64,000 bases of DNA from Marsupella aquatica (taxonomy: Eukaryota; Plantae; Marchantiophyta). The notes below the pieces were generated by a model. It did not search any database. It worked only from the letters and a program-made list of their open reading frames with translations, and was not told the origin of the DNA. The stretch spans positions 17,226,752-17,290,751 of the forward strand of contig OZ316898.1 of NCBI GenBank assembly GCA_973895155.1, read 5' to 3'. Made by a program: the position numbers and the translations under genes. The stretch's first letter is position 1; the number at the start of each line of letters is the position of its first letter. This document shows, in pieces, positions 24,888 through 37,882 of this stretch.

Positions 24888-26060
24888 TGCTCCACTCAAA
24901 TGTGAAGGAAAGGAGTTATTTGCAAGCCCATGTGAGCCTATGAGAACACTATGTAGGGATCCCTTTTGGTAACCGGACACCAAAACTCACCATGGGGTGT
25001 ACTGTGTAATGTGTCCGGAGGTTGGGGTGATTTTCCATACCCATGATATACACAATTCTTGTCTTACATCACCAAGTGTTGTTCTTTTTATGTATCTAGA
25101 TTCTACTTTTGATGTGCGAAATTTATGGATCTGGACTACCTCTTTTTCCTTTTCTGTCCTCCCTTTATTAGGTCTTTTTGCCTGTGGGATCCTGTCTCAC
25201 CACTTTTGTCTTTTGGTACTAGGTACATTATAATTGCAGTGCAACACACTACTATTGAGGTGAGTCATGATCAATGTGTTCTCCAATATATTCCTATACT
25301 ATAAAATAATGTTGAAAAAAGTTTGGGGAGCAAAGTTTGAAGAGAATTCATTGCTCCACTTCCACTTGCAAGTGAAGGAAAGGGGTTATTTGCAAGCGAG
25401 TTTGGGGAGAAAGGTTTAGATACAAATTTTGAGGAGAATTTATTGCTCTACGCTGCAGTGAAGGAAAGGGGTCATTTGCAACCTGGGAAGAAAATGTTGA
25501 GGGGAGAATTTATTGCTCCATTTGAAAGTGAAGGAAGGGGTTATTTGCAAGCCCATGTGAGCCTATGAGCGAACTGGATCTGGACTAGGTACAGTACCAT
25601 TTTTAGTACAACACAGTACCATCTCCTTCTTCAACGTGTGAATCATGATCCTCACACGGGACACGGCGAAACGACGTAAGATGATGGCGTGGTAGCAGTT
25701 AACTTGCTGAACCTGAGAAAAGTACATAGACGTACCATATCCGGACTAGGACTCACGATGATTAGTCCTCCGTCCCAGACCTAGTACTCCTGACATTATT
25801 CCCTGGGACCGTTCGATGGCAGCTCCCGGCGAACCAGGACGGTGGGATGACCAACTGGTGGGTCAGTAAGTTCCTGAACTGGTGTTGATATTAAGCATAG
25901 AACTTAGTCTACTTTTCCTATGTTTTCTCCCTATTATTGTGTCTCTTGACTTTTGGTATATATTGTCCCCTTTAGTCTACTTTTCCTATGTTTTCTCCCT
26001 ATTATCGTGTCTCTTGACTTTTGGTATATTTGTCCCCTTTGGTCTTCTTGCGACCATTTC
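24888..26060. repeat. Local repeat cluster
   Basis: GTGAAGGAA(A)GG.GT.ATTTGCAA occurs at ~24902, 25372, 25458 and 25528; the first and last extend into GCCCATGTGAGCCTATGAG. A ~67-bp tandem duplication TTAGTCTACTTTTCCTATGTTTTCTCCCTATTAT.GTGTCTCTTGACTTTTGGTATAT lies at 25904-26040. Confidence 0.8.
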
Positions 26061-26229
26061 AATCCTTTATTGAGTTGCTTTTGCCTCTGGGGACCATGTC
26101 TCCTGTTTGATATGTTTTTGTTTTCTGGCACTTTGAGATATACTCACTTGCAGCTTTTTTTATTTGGCATACATTTGAAAAATTTGACCTCATTGAAACT
26201 TTTGAAGAACCAGCTTCTCACCTTTTTAG

Positions 26230-29150
26230 ACCCCATAATTAGCCAAAATCTGGGAGGCCTAATGGTCAAAGATTAATCTAGGGAAATCAGATAATGAATA
26301 TCCTAGAAAATTCTCCTTCACAGAAAGTGACATTCGCAACTCTGGAGAAAAGGAAAAAACTTTTAAAATTGCCCTGCCATGTAGGATTGATAGATTTGGA
26401 GTACAGTAGTGGTGGAGTAGCATGACAAGCCCAGTTTGTCACAATGATGAAATCTATAACAAAACTAAGGAAAGAACCGGTCCTTTCTCTGTTGTAAAGT
26501 AAACCTAAAATGTTCTAGAAAATGGTTGTGAAAGGTTACCATTCTGACTTATAACAAGTCCCAAGCGGCAGCTCATTAGCAGGTGCTGACATAATTCCTA
26601 ATTAATTTTTAATACAGATCCAATAGGCATGACCTGCGTTTTTTAGTGGCTAAAATTAGCTAGATTCTACCTCTCTCAAAAGTCCAGATTTACCACTTTT
26701 GGCTAGGTTTCTTGTGGTTCGTTAGCCAGCCTCCACCTAGCCACAGAGGCCGTTAGCCAAGAAATATCTTTAAATATAAGGAGATCTGAGGTCAAAATTA
26801 GTGAAGGGAAACTAGATAAGGAATATTTTGAGCATCTTTGGGTTGACATTAGTCACCGTGTTAGAAAAAACCTTAAAAAATTCTCTGGGTATCATTACAC
26901 CGTCTGTCGCAAACATTGTGGATCCCAGAGTTTCAACGTTGCTGATGATGGCTTTTGGGCCATAAACAAAAGGCCATAGTTCTTACAACTGGTTCAATAG
27001 AAAAAAAAAGTTTAAAAAATTCAAAGATCCACTATAGTGACTTGATTATTCCCTGTGTATTTTGAGTGCATTTTCCCAAGAGCCAACATAGTGACTTAAT
27101 GCCCTTCACGATTTTTCCCTTTGTACTTTTAGAAGGCATTTGCCCAAGAGCCTCCATAGTGACTTGATGTCCTTCTATTTTTCCCTTTTGTAATTTTCAA
27201 GGCATTATGGGGACATAATGCCTGGGTCAAGAATTTGGATGACCTCCTTAGGAAGATTCTCCTCTGCTTCTACTAGATTTTGAGAAACAAAGATCTCTCA
27301 GGCCCTTAATTGCAGTAAAATCTTGTTTCCAAAGCACTATGGAAGTAATATCCTCTCAAAACTTCAGCTGAAGCTCTTGTTTTTTGGGGAGCATTTTATC
27401 CCATAATGTCCTCTAAACAGGACTGTAAGTATCTTATTTTCATAACATGTAGCCCTTCTTTATTTTAAAATTTTATGGATTAGGACTTTTTCTGTGCTTA
27501 ACCTAGGTTCATCAAATTTTGAAGTTTGAGATGTCCTATAAGGGTGTCTCAAAGCTTCAAAGTTAGGGATGATGGCTTTCGGATATAAAAACATGGTCAT
27601 AACTTTTTTGAGAAGGTTATGTAAACATTTTTTTGTATGTTTGTTTTCATTAGCCTCTATATGGAAAAGTTATACAGAATATGAATTTGGTAGCCCGTAA
27701 CTATGGAGTTAAGTTCCATCAAATTCTGAGCTTTGAAACTCCTTACAAGATGCCCTATTGTTTGGAATGGTCTATCTGATAATAACCTTTCCTAGGTCCA
27801 TCAAAACTGTAAGTTTGAGATCCCCTATTTTTGGTTGGTTCATCTGATGATAATCTTTCCTAGGTCCATAGTTTGAGATAGATCCTTTATTGTTTAGAAA
27901 GGCCCATCTAATAATAATATTTCCGTACAAACATATTTAGGTCCATCTGAGAGGTATTTGCTTGATGTACCCCTAATCATAAATTTTTCCCCAATCAACC
28001 CCATGAGAGATTTTAGGAACCTTGATGTAAGGTCTGTGGAGGTCTATTGACTGTCCGGATCAATTAGGGTCCATTAGGAGTCAGGAGGTCTAGACTGTCT
28101 GGATCAATTAGGATCCATTATGAGTCAGGAGCTCTATTGACTGTCTGGATCAATTAGGATCCATTAGGAGTCACATTGAGTAACACATTTCATCCCGGGG
28201 GTTTAACAAACATATACCTCTCTATCTGATCATAATCTTTCCACACAGATATATTTTGACAGATAAATGCAACACTGAAGGAACTGCTGCACCACCTCTC
28301 GATCTGATAATAATCTTTCCTAAGTCCATAAACTTTTGAAGTTTGAGATCCCCTATTGTTTCCATGGGTCCATCTAATAATAGCTTTCCACACAGACATA
28401 TTCAGAGGGTCCATCTAAGGGTGGCTATACAAGAACTTGGGTGCAGCAATTCCCTTTTTTTTTGTAAGTGAGAGATGCAATCCTAGCCATTCATATGTGT
28501 AAACTCATTATAAATGAACTTGGGGGCACCATCAAGCAATTACCAAACCTAGTCAACTCTTAGTGGACCCCTTGAGAGTCCTTTTTTTTTTTGGCTGTTG
28601 TGTGTAAGCTTTTTTGTCAAAAACTTAGACGTCCTCTTGAGGTGATCTAAAAACCTCGAGCAAACAGCGGCTTCTTTAGTTGCATTGATTATTTCCACAC
28701 CCAACACATTGGCTCATGCATTTTAGCTTTGGAAGGAGAGACACTGAACGCCCCCAACTTCTTGTAAAACCCCCCTAATAAGAATAATCTTTCCACACAG
28801 ACATATCCCCCCTAATAGACGTATCCCCCATAATAAGAATAATCTTTCCACACAGACATATTCAGACACATAAATGCAAAGCCATAGGAACTACTACACC
28901 TGCACTGCGCGGCGAATCCTTTCAGCAATTCAGCTTTCCGCCGTGTTTGCGTGATTTTGTGTCCTGCTAAAAAACTTTGGCCACTTTTGGCTAATATTGG
29001 CTACATTTTTCTGACACCATTAGCCACTCTTCCACCAAATCATGGATTCCATTAGCCAATATCTAACGGCCCTCCTTAAATCTAGGGATATCTGACGGTC
29101 ACAATTTTAATTCAGTAAAATCTAACAGAGAATATTTCTAGAATCTCCTC
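26230..29150. mobile_element. Cluster of degenerate non-autonomous repeat fragments from dispersed families
   Basis: The motif CATTAGCCA…TTAAAT.TAGGGA.ATCT.A.GGTCA…GAATATTT recurs at ~26230-26320, ~26690-26840, ~28975-29150 and ~52880-53040. A second family (GATGATGGCTTT…; CAAGGCATTATG…CATAATG) links 5.9-6.6 kb, 26.9-27.6 kb and 56.4 kb. There is a ~45-bp x3 tandem repeat at 28040-28172 and repeated ATAATCTTTCC motifs. Confidence 0.55.
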
Positions 29151-31484
29151 CCTTAGAGAAGCAAACGTTCGCCACACTGGGTAAAAATAGAAAACCTTAA
29201 AAAATACACTGCAATGGGCCCTAATGCTGCTCTTGTCGGCAGAGCGCCTTCAGCACCAGAGCTCTGCTTTCCTTCGACCTTTTTCGAAGGTGTAAGGTGT
29301 TGGCCGGTGGCAATGTTGTGGATACTGGATTGGCAATGTGGCACGTACGACGCTGCGGAGTCGATGGCATGTTGACTAGTTGTCACGTATAATTTTCCAC
29401 CTCGTGCTGTAATTTACACCTCGCTGGTACGTGTTGTCATGTTATTGTTTCGTCGTCGTCCCTCGGAGAACCTTGTTTTTTTCTGCCTTGAAGAGTTGAA
29501 GATTGAGTGAATTTCATTGAACGAACGTGCTTTGGAAACTTCAGGTTATTGCTTGGACATGACTGCTCTGCTTGCCAGTCATGGCGTGCACGGCCGATGA
29601 CACCTTTTTTGTGAGAGTTTAATTTCACTCTGCTTCTTTAGTGAGCTGCCTGCTGCTGTAATGGTTGGTTGGTCCCGCCAGCCACACGACGTGCTCCCCT
29701 GCCCGACTTCCCGCGGCCTGCAATGCGGGCCCTTCTTATTATTATTGCTTTCCGTGAATCTCTGGAGTTGTCGGAACCGGTTCAATCTGGCCCGGCATCA
29801 CCGTTTCGTGTGCTTATGACTGCTGTAAAATAATCTCTTGTGCTTCTTGGCGAAAGAAACTCTGTCGACAGGCAGGCTGACGAGTGACGAATGACGAATG
29901 ACGAGCGCCGGTAGCCTGTTGGAGCGGACGAGCTCTTGCAGTCTTGCAGATATCTCGTAGCATCGTAGCCTCGCAGCCTCGTAGCCTCGTAGGGGCACCG
30001 ATTGAAGAGGTCAACATCGACCGAATGATGGAGCCTCGTGTGCCCTCTGTGGTTTATAGAGTCGCTACTGTACCATTTCTAAAATCGGCCTCTCGTGTCG
30101 GGTTCGGTCCTTTCCTGCTTTCGCTTTCGACGATGAGCGCCATGGCGTGATTTGACTTATTACTCGTAATAGGTTCTCTGCCCTGATGAGCTGGGCGGGT
30201 GGTCTTGTTCTTCGCCGTCAATGCGCCGTTGTGGAAAACTGGGTGAAAGTCATTCTTTTCCTTTCAGATCAGTCCGGCTGTCCCTTGCGAGGATTTACGC
30301 GTTTACGGTAGTCTTCGGGGGAGCGTGTGCCAGTGTACAGTGAAGTCGTTTTGCGTGGAGGCGGTGACGAATCTGCTGTTGGTTTTTCTCGCTGAATCGG
30401 CTCTGCGCAGATCGGTTGCTGGGAGGTGGACGGTGGTGATTGTGGTGATAATGGAAGGCGAAGGCGACAAGCGGACAAGGAGTAGTGGAGAACAGAGGTT
30501 GATGCTAAGTGAAGGGATGGGGATACAAAATGTTCTATGAGGCGACCATGATTGCGTTTGGCCGGAGTAGACGGTATCATTGTCACGCATTGAGAGGTGG
30601 AGTTCATTGCCGTTTATGGAAACTGAACGACCAGGAGGCCACCCTGTCGAATTACAGCTGCGGATGGGGAGAGAGAGCGGACTTGGAATACTTTCAGAGG
30701 GCGTGACGTCGTGAACGGCAGGCATCCCGTTGCCGACTGTTCGTCTCGTCGATATTTAGAAACTACGTGGACCTCCTAATTGACTGGTCGAGTTTTTGTG
30801 GACTGTTGTTAGCCATAGAGCTCGATAGTGAGTAGTTAGTACGGTAGCGCGAAGGCAGATCGAGAGAAGCCTTGGTGCCTCAGTGAAGGGCTTGTTCTTG
30901 CATATCATATCAGATTGGTTCCCCAGTACGGGTTGGACAATATTTTCAGCGAAGACTTTTGTGGTTAGACGCACATTGTGATTCAACTTGGGATTCGGGT
31001 TCATTTCCAGGTGTCCAGGGGAATCGCCAGAGGAGCTTAAGGACCTTCCCCCGTCGGTATGCAAGATCAAATTGACTCGCAGGGCATTGGTTGCACATCA
31101 ATTTCCTATATCGTGAAAAATATCCGCATCTATTGTACAAGTTCTGTGCAAGTTCTCTGTGGTGTAGCATAACCACGCCTTCCCTCCTGTAGACCGTGCG
31201 TCGTGGGTAGGGTTCCCGTAATGGAAGCTCAATTTTGCTCGACAGCCTTTTTCTTCCACCGTCAGGAGTGCAGCGCAACTAGTGCATCGTCACTAAAGGT
31301 CCTGGTTCTGTGACACCCGACGATGGGTTTCGGCTTCTCCAGATCTATTGCGTCCTTTATCGCAGTTTATATATGCTCCATGCAGTGAGGTGCCGGGCGA
31401 AGGTCGAGTTGCCGAACAGACTTTGTTGAACAGTTGTCGAAGTAATTATATCCGGTGTTTAGGACGCGTTTACGGTATGCATAA

Positions 31485-34400
31485 ATGGCAGACTCGAGAG
31501 AGAAATTCACTAAGACGAAATCGCTCCACCATGCACGTGTGAGAAGTTCGGGGCGTGCTTTTGATCTCAATACTATTGTCGCTGGGGCCAATGGGTCACA
31601 GGTAAGAAGCAAACTTGTGTGCACAGGTCGCGTTTTGCGGCTTGCTCTCTGCAAAGGATATTACAAGCAGTCGACTAACTCGATCCATATGGAAAGTTAT
31701 GGGCAGGAAACTGAATCTAGTGGTAGTGTGGTGAGGTTGGAAGGGACTTTGAGATCAACTGTGGGCCCCGTTGTTTCAGACTCTGTTCGGTCAAAAGTCG
31801 ACTATTAGCTCTAATTTTTGATGACTTTCGTCATGGAATTTATAGATTATATCTGGATGTGAGAACAAAACTTCATACACCGAACTCAGAAAATGAAATC
31901 CTGGTCATCAACCTGCAAATTACTGGAAGATCCGCAACTTTTAGTGCTAAGGCACCCGGGACTTCCTGATTAACACATTGACTCATACATGGCGCCAGCT
32001 GATTGCATCAATGTATACTCTGGGCTCGAGGGGCTCGCAAAGCTCCTTCGACTAATACCCGTCTGCTTGCCCAGGTTGCGAACACCGAAAGAGCGTGTCG
32101 TGTAATGGTGAACATATTCGATGCCAAAAACCTGAGGAAAAAGGAAAATGGTCCTGATGCCAAAGATCCAATTTTCAGATTAAAATTGGAAAAAGTTTCA
32201 AAACGATCTCGCGAGGTGACCTTTAGTCATTCTCTGATTGAATTTCTTTGTTGTAGCCAACGAATTGCGCAGAAGTGATGGTGGCATAGATTATTTTAAT
32301 TTTCTTGATTTGGTCAGGATTCATTTCACCGAGTGATCTGGAGGATTGTCAGAGCTTTCCGTGATGTTTTTCGTGGTTCTAACCTGGTTTTTGAATGCGG
32401 TCACAGGTTAAGGGAGGTGTTGATGAGCGCGGTAATCTTAAAGTCAATCAAAGTTTCAATTTTGATGTCAAGGACCTTAAGGTACATTTAATGGTCCCTT
32501 CCTTCAGCATCAATGTAGCCTGTCTTTCTGAACTTTCCTGTCTTGCCTCCGTCCCCAGCGTAGATACTATCTTTTCTAGTGGTGCTATAGTAAATAAAGA
32601 TTGCTTGGACGAGTATGCCTAAGTAATCCAATTAATTGCCTCTTCAATAGCAGAGGAATGCCTCCTGCAACAGGGCGGAACTGATGTCATCCTAATGCTC
32701 GTTTACTACATTTGATTCATTTGGTTTACTCGAAACAGAGTGCAATCCTAACAGTGAAAGTGGCCACAAGAGGCTTGCTGGGTCGTGAGGAGTCGCTTGG
32801 ATGGGTGGAAAAGATGAGCATTGCGGAGTTACTGAACGAGAGTGCTTGTAAGAAATGTGCTACGGTTCTCAATTTTATGTTCCATTGCTTTTAACGTTAA
32901 ATTACATGTATAGTTTCATTCTACAGATGTCGTAGAGACCGCTTCAATTGAACCTGTTTTCCGTATTCAGCAGTTTCGTTTGAATTTGGACATTGAAGTT
33001 TTACGTACCGGTAGATGGCGTTATAATGGTGTGACTCTATGTTGCCTCAGCGGAAAAGAATGTAGCGGCCAAGTGGTGTGACCTCTATGCAAAAGATGGT
33101 AGTCGTAGGATGCCGGGCAAGGTGACCCCTTTTTGGCTTATTCTTCTGAAATGGCTTCATATGAGCATCGGTTACTTACTTTCACCAGTAGAGCTATTAA
33201 TGCACGACCTTGGACAGAAGAGTTGCTAGATTTGGAGTGCTCCTTCTGAACCAGACGATTTAACGAGATGGATGGTCTGATGCATTCTAATTGTCGAGTC
33301 TCAGCTGTCCTGCCATAAGCGCTTGTTCAAACAGACTATATAACATGATATCACAACATCTTTAATCTGTGATGATCATTGTCATTGTAGGCAGTTTGCT
33401 CCTACTGCACAGTCAAGACAATACCTTGGCTTTGCTACTATATCTTGACGCGCCTTTCAAGTTACCCACCTGAGTCAAGCTAACATGCTTGTCACTTTGC
33501 TCTTTTTCCCTCCAGGTGTACATCCATGTTGTGGTTGGAATAGCAGACCCAGAACAGAAAATCTCTATGTTCATAGGAACGTGGAACGTTGGAAATGCTC
33601 GTCCGGTGAGATTTTATAATTGCTTAAAATGTGCTCCTCTCTGGTGTAATAGACTTGTTGTTGACACTGATTTTGCCAAACATAAAGGTTTAAATATACT
33701 ATTCTTGCTGGAAGGATCCTGTAGCTCGCAAGTAGTAGCTCGCTTGTGTCTGTGAACGTCATTACATCTACTTCCGACTGAAGTTACAGCCAGCTTCTCT
33801 TTGATCTGTTAAAGGAATCGAGAGATTGCGTAGGCACACATGTTGCCAAACTTTTCCTATAGTTGTTGTTGACGGCAGCGTACATCGTACAAGTATTAAC
33901 AACTTAATTTCGTAAACGGTCTGCAGCCTGAGGATTTATCGCATTGGATACCCAAAGATCCAGATTTTGAAATTGTTGCTATTGGTGCACAGGTGTGTGT
34001 CTGAGTACCTCTTCGGTATATTTCATTACTTTGTACAATTCATCATTTAGATTAGCTGATATTGTTCCGAATAATGGTGTATTCTATTTCTCTTGGAAGT
34101 CAAGATCTTTTCGCAGCCGGATGGGTCATAAGATGGTTGTATAAGTCACGCAATCTGACTTTTGTTTGAACAGGAATGCGACTATCCACCTCGTCATCCA
34201 TTTACAGAATGCGGCAAAGACTGGGTACACACTCTAAGGTATTGGGAAATGCGTGGTGCACTCATTGAGGATCTTTGCATTTTTGTATATAATCTTATCT
34301 ATATTTTTACGTACTCACGTTTAATAAGAACGAACCTTCGAGGGTTTATTGTGCGTTCATAAGTCCATGACTGTATTCTCACGTTGATCTCTCAATACTG

Positions 34401-37400
34401 GGCAGTTCCCATTTGGGTGTTCGATATAAGTTGGTACGTGCAACATCAAGGGGGCAGATGCGGCTCTTGGTATTCGTTCGGGAAGATGCCGAGGTAACTC
34501 ATTGACCTATGTGACCGTGGGGTTCCGATGGTTGTGTGACTGGCGTCCTGGTTGAGGTTTAGGGTTTAGGGTTTAGGGTTTAGACTTCTGGTTGAGATGT
34601 AAATCCGATCCTCCTCCAGTGCTTTTGTCGGACATTGATATATGTCTTTGTACGTCATCAGACAGTTGTCTTGTGTCGTGTGGAGTGTGTGTACCGCTTG
34701 ATTCATGCTCGGGGTTGGGCAAGTGCAGAAGGCCATCTGTGATGTGGATAGCGGGTATGAAGCAACTGGTGTTGGGCATGTAATGGCCAATAAAGGCGGG
34801 GTGTGCATTGGATTCAAGGTAAAGTTTCTGGCTAATCATCAAGTTCCAGACATGTGATTTCAGACATGGCGTCAAGTGTCTCCTTGCATGTTGACTCTAT
34901 TTATATTCCTTGTTGACTTCAGGCTTTTCCTTATTCTTGATTTCTGACATGTTTGTTTCCTGTGAACTGTCGACTGATGGATGTGACAGTTTTGGGATAC
35001 TGGCTTATGCTTTGTAAATTCACATCTTGCTGCTCACCCAGGCCAATGTGAAGCTCGCAATAGTAATTACAGAGGTATGTGAAACCTCTAATGTGCACTA
35101 CGCCTCAGTCTTAAGCCTCAGGATTTTGTATGTCAACCCAGATCTTTTCTATTTTGGAGCTGCTTAGAACGTCTCCACTAATGCTGTGAGATAACTATCA
35201 TGGCATGGTGATGGGTAGGTCGCTATATTGGGTAGAAACTTACGATTGTCTAAGATATGTTATGGACTGCAGAAATAGCTGGGAAGCTGCGAGTCGGATT
35301 GCAAAGTATGGATATCCTTAACCAGTACCACCATGTATTTTGGTTTGGTGACCTCAACTACCGGCTCGATTTCGCACAGGTTTCAGACAAGCCGTTGACT
35401 CCCCAGTAAGTTTTCCCTTGGAACTAGGTGTTAGTTCAGCTTCTCCTTGGAGACGCGGGATCATTCCTTTTTTGTACTGAGCTCACCCTGGACAACTGCT
35501 GTAGAGGACAATAGTTTTTATAAAGCCAAATTGTTGTGAATCTGATCAAAGGCTTTAGCCAGAGTAGTTTGCCCTTTGAGAGTGAGATTGCTTGATGAAT
35601 CGAAGTGAGAGTTTTCCTTTGGATTTGCAGGAGAACTTTTTGGAAGGCAATTGTGAAGAAGATAAATACTAACGACTATGTGGGCTTACTCAAGTATGAT
35701 GAGGTGCTTTCACAGCCCTGGTCATAGTGATCTGAATTTGATCCCGACTTTTGCTGCAACAATCAAAAGCAAACCATGACGTTTGCAAAGTTGCTTTTGT
35801 ACATCGATTGGTTTTCAAAAACAGAATTGATTTATTCTCGTGTAGATTCTGGCTAATTATGTATTGGTGGACTTATGGGGAATTTTTGCTGGTGATCAGC
35901 TTAAACGAGAAATTAGTGCCAATCGAGTTCTCCATGGATTCAAGGAAGGTGATATCAACTTCGCTCCAACATTTAAGGTAAATTTCTGTCTCTAGCTCAA
36001 TTCATCGTTTTGTGATGCTCTAATCAACCGACAGACATTGAGTAAAAACTTCGCAGCATATTGATTTCGTTCGGACAGTGAGATCAATATTTGAGTTCCT
36101 GATGTTGTAGTTGTTCCTGGCAATTCAAGGTTATTGATTTGAATGTTCATTTCTTGAAGATGGAAAGAGATACAGTGAATGTTTACGATCAAAAACGTAT
36201 GCCAGCATGGTGTGACCGAATATTATGGCGGAATTTACCAGGCTGCACTGTTAAGCTTGCGAAATATGTCTCTGCGCCCGAATTGGTCACCAGGTTAGGA
36301 ACTGTTGATACCAACAATTGTGGCTGCATTTGAGAGTTCTTTTGCGTCCAAATCAGCAAAATTGTAGGCTGGTTTGGATTGGCTTTTCGGGACAAGGTCT
36401 TCATGTTAGCGATTTTGTCATTTCTGAAGTGTTGAGCTTTTTGTTTATCCACCTCTTTAAGATTCTCGTTACTACTAAAACTCCAATGTACTTTTGCTGA
36501 ATAGTCTACACAAAATGTCTCCGCAGATTAAGATTTTAGGTCCAATTACCTGCCGGAGTCTTGCTTATCTAGATTCGAGATGTGGTCTTTCATTTACAGT
36601 TGCAGCTGCAGGTAGGCTTAGACCGGAACAATAATAGTGCTATTAAATAGCTTTTTTGCTAGAACGATGTTCTTAGCCTCACTGACTTTATCACTGGACC
36701 TCACAGTGATCACAAGCCAGTGGCAGCCACGTTCTCATTAATGTCACATGCTCTACCTGCTCCTGTTGTCTCGTCAATCTTGCATGAAGAAGATGATAAG
36801 AGGTGGCATGTGCAGGTAACTTGCTCGTACTGTTGTAAACTATTGTACTAGAGCTAACTGCATTTGCTTAAGTTTTGTAGTGTTTGAAGTTTGCAAACAA
36901 TTTCTAGATTCTATCTATTGCGTTAGAGATGAATTGCATGCAGATCCTCTGTTTCACACCTTTTCGTTTTCATGTACAGTTTACTTCGTTAAGGGCTAAG
37001 AAGCTTCGAGCTTCAGACATCAATGGATATTCTGACCCGTAAGTATGGCAATGATTTTTGCTTGATGAACCTACTAAAGCTAGGATTCACATGTCTTCAG
37101 TAAGATGTAAGAGTGGAAATTAAATAACTTGAGTGATCTAACAGGTACGTGGCCTTTGTGGGACCCAACTTGATTCACGAATTTCATTCGAAAGTGAAGC
37201 ATCAAACACTGAATCCAGTATGGAATCCAATGCAGGTTAGTCATAACTATTTCATGACATTTTGGTGCAAAGTTAGTTCGACTGCATGGATTGGACAGTC
37301 AGGAAGTCTGCCCAATCAGAGGGGGTCCTTACATTCTGTTGTCCGTTCTGATTTTCTGACTTTGGCCACCGTGAAAACTCCCAGGAGCTTCCTACTTTGG

Positions 37401-37882
37401 TGCTTAACACATTCCCTTTGCAACGACTCGAAAGCGAGTACTTACTGGTCAGAGTATTGGACCGGGACTACACGTCCATGGATGACACCTTAGGTACAAA
37501 CCTTACCTTAGTGACTTGTAAATCTTCTCTGCGCAAATGACCTCTTTCATAACGAGTAAGGACGTAAGTCTTTTATGCTGGGAACCATGCTTAGGTTGTC
37601 ATTTGGTGACTAATAGCTCCACTTGATCCTTTTGCAGGGTATACAGTGATTCCTCTGTCACAAGTAGTCACTGCCTTCAAAAGGGGACCAATGGAGACAG
37701 CACCCTTCAAGGTGGCTCTTACCCATCGCGGTTTACCTGCAGGCACAATGGAAGGCAACATGAAGCTGTCATGGGAAAGAAACACGGGTAGACGGGTGCC
37801 TTCATTAACGAGCTCAATCATTGGAAAAACCATGAGTTTCAAGGAGACATTAAAGAAACGAGTCCTCATGGTCAGACCTTGA
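31485..37882 (+). CDS. Inositol polyphosphate / phosphoinositide 5-phosphatase with N- and C-terminal C2 domains, ~675 aa, 20 exons
   Basis: Exons 31485-31601, 32075-32215, 32407-32481, 32739-32847, 33051-33121, 33516-33605, 33927-33992, 34174-34238, 34406-34493, 34729-34818, 34990-35074, 35273-35405, 35631-35703, 35900-35977, 36160-36293, 36707-36815, 36980-37038, 37145-37235, 37385-37493, 37638-37882 (2028 nt, phases consistent). 5-phosphatase motifs: IGTWNVG, AIGAQE, NKGGV, FVNSHLAAH, FWFGDLNYR, FAPTFK, PAWCDRILW, SDHKPV. C2 motifs: ASDINGYSDPYV, TLNPVW, VLDRDYTSMDDTLG. Confidence 0.92.
34556..34583 (+). repeat. Interstitial telomeric repeat (TTTAGGG)3 plus partial units, in intron 9 of the 5-phosphatase gene
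   Basis: GG-TTTAGGG-TTTAGGG-TTTAGGG-TTTAG read directly. Confidence 0.9.
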
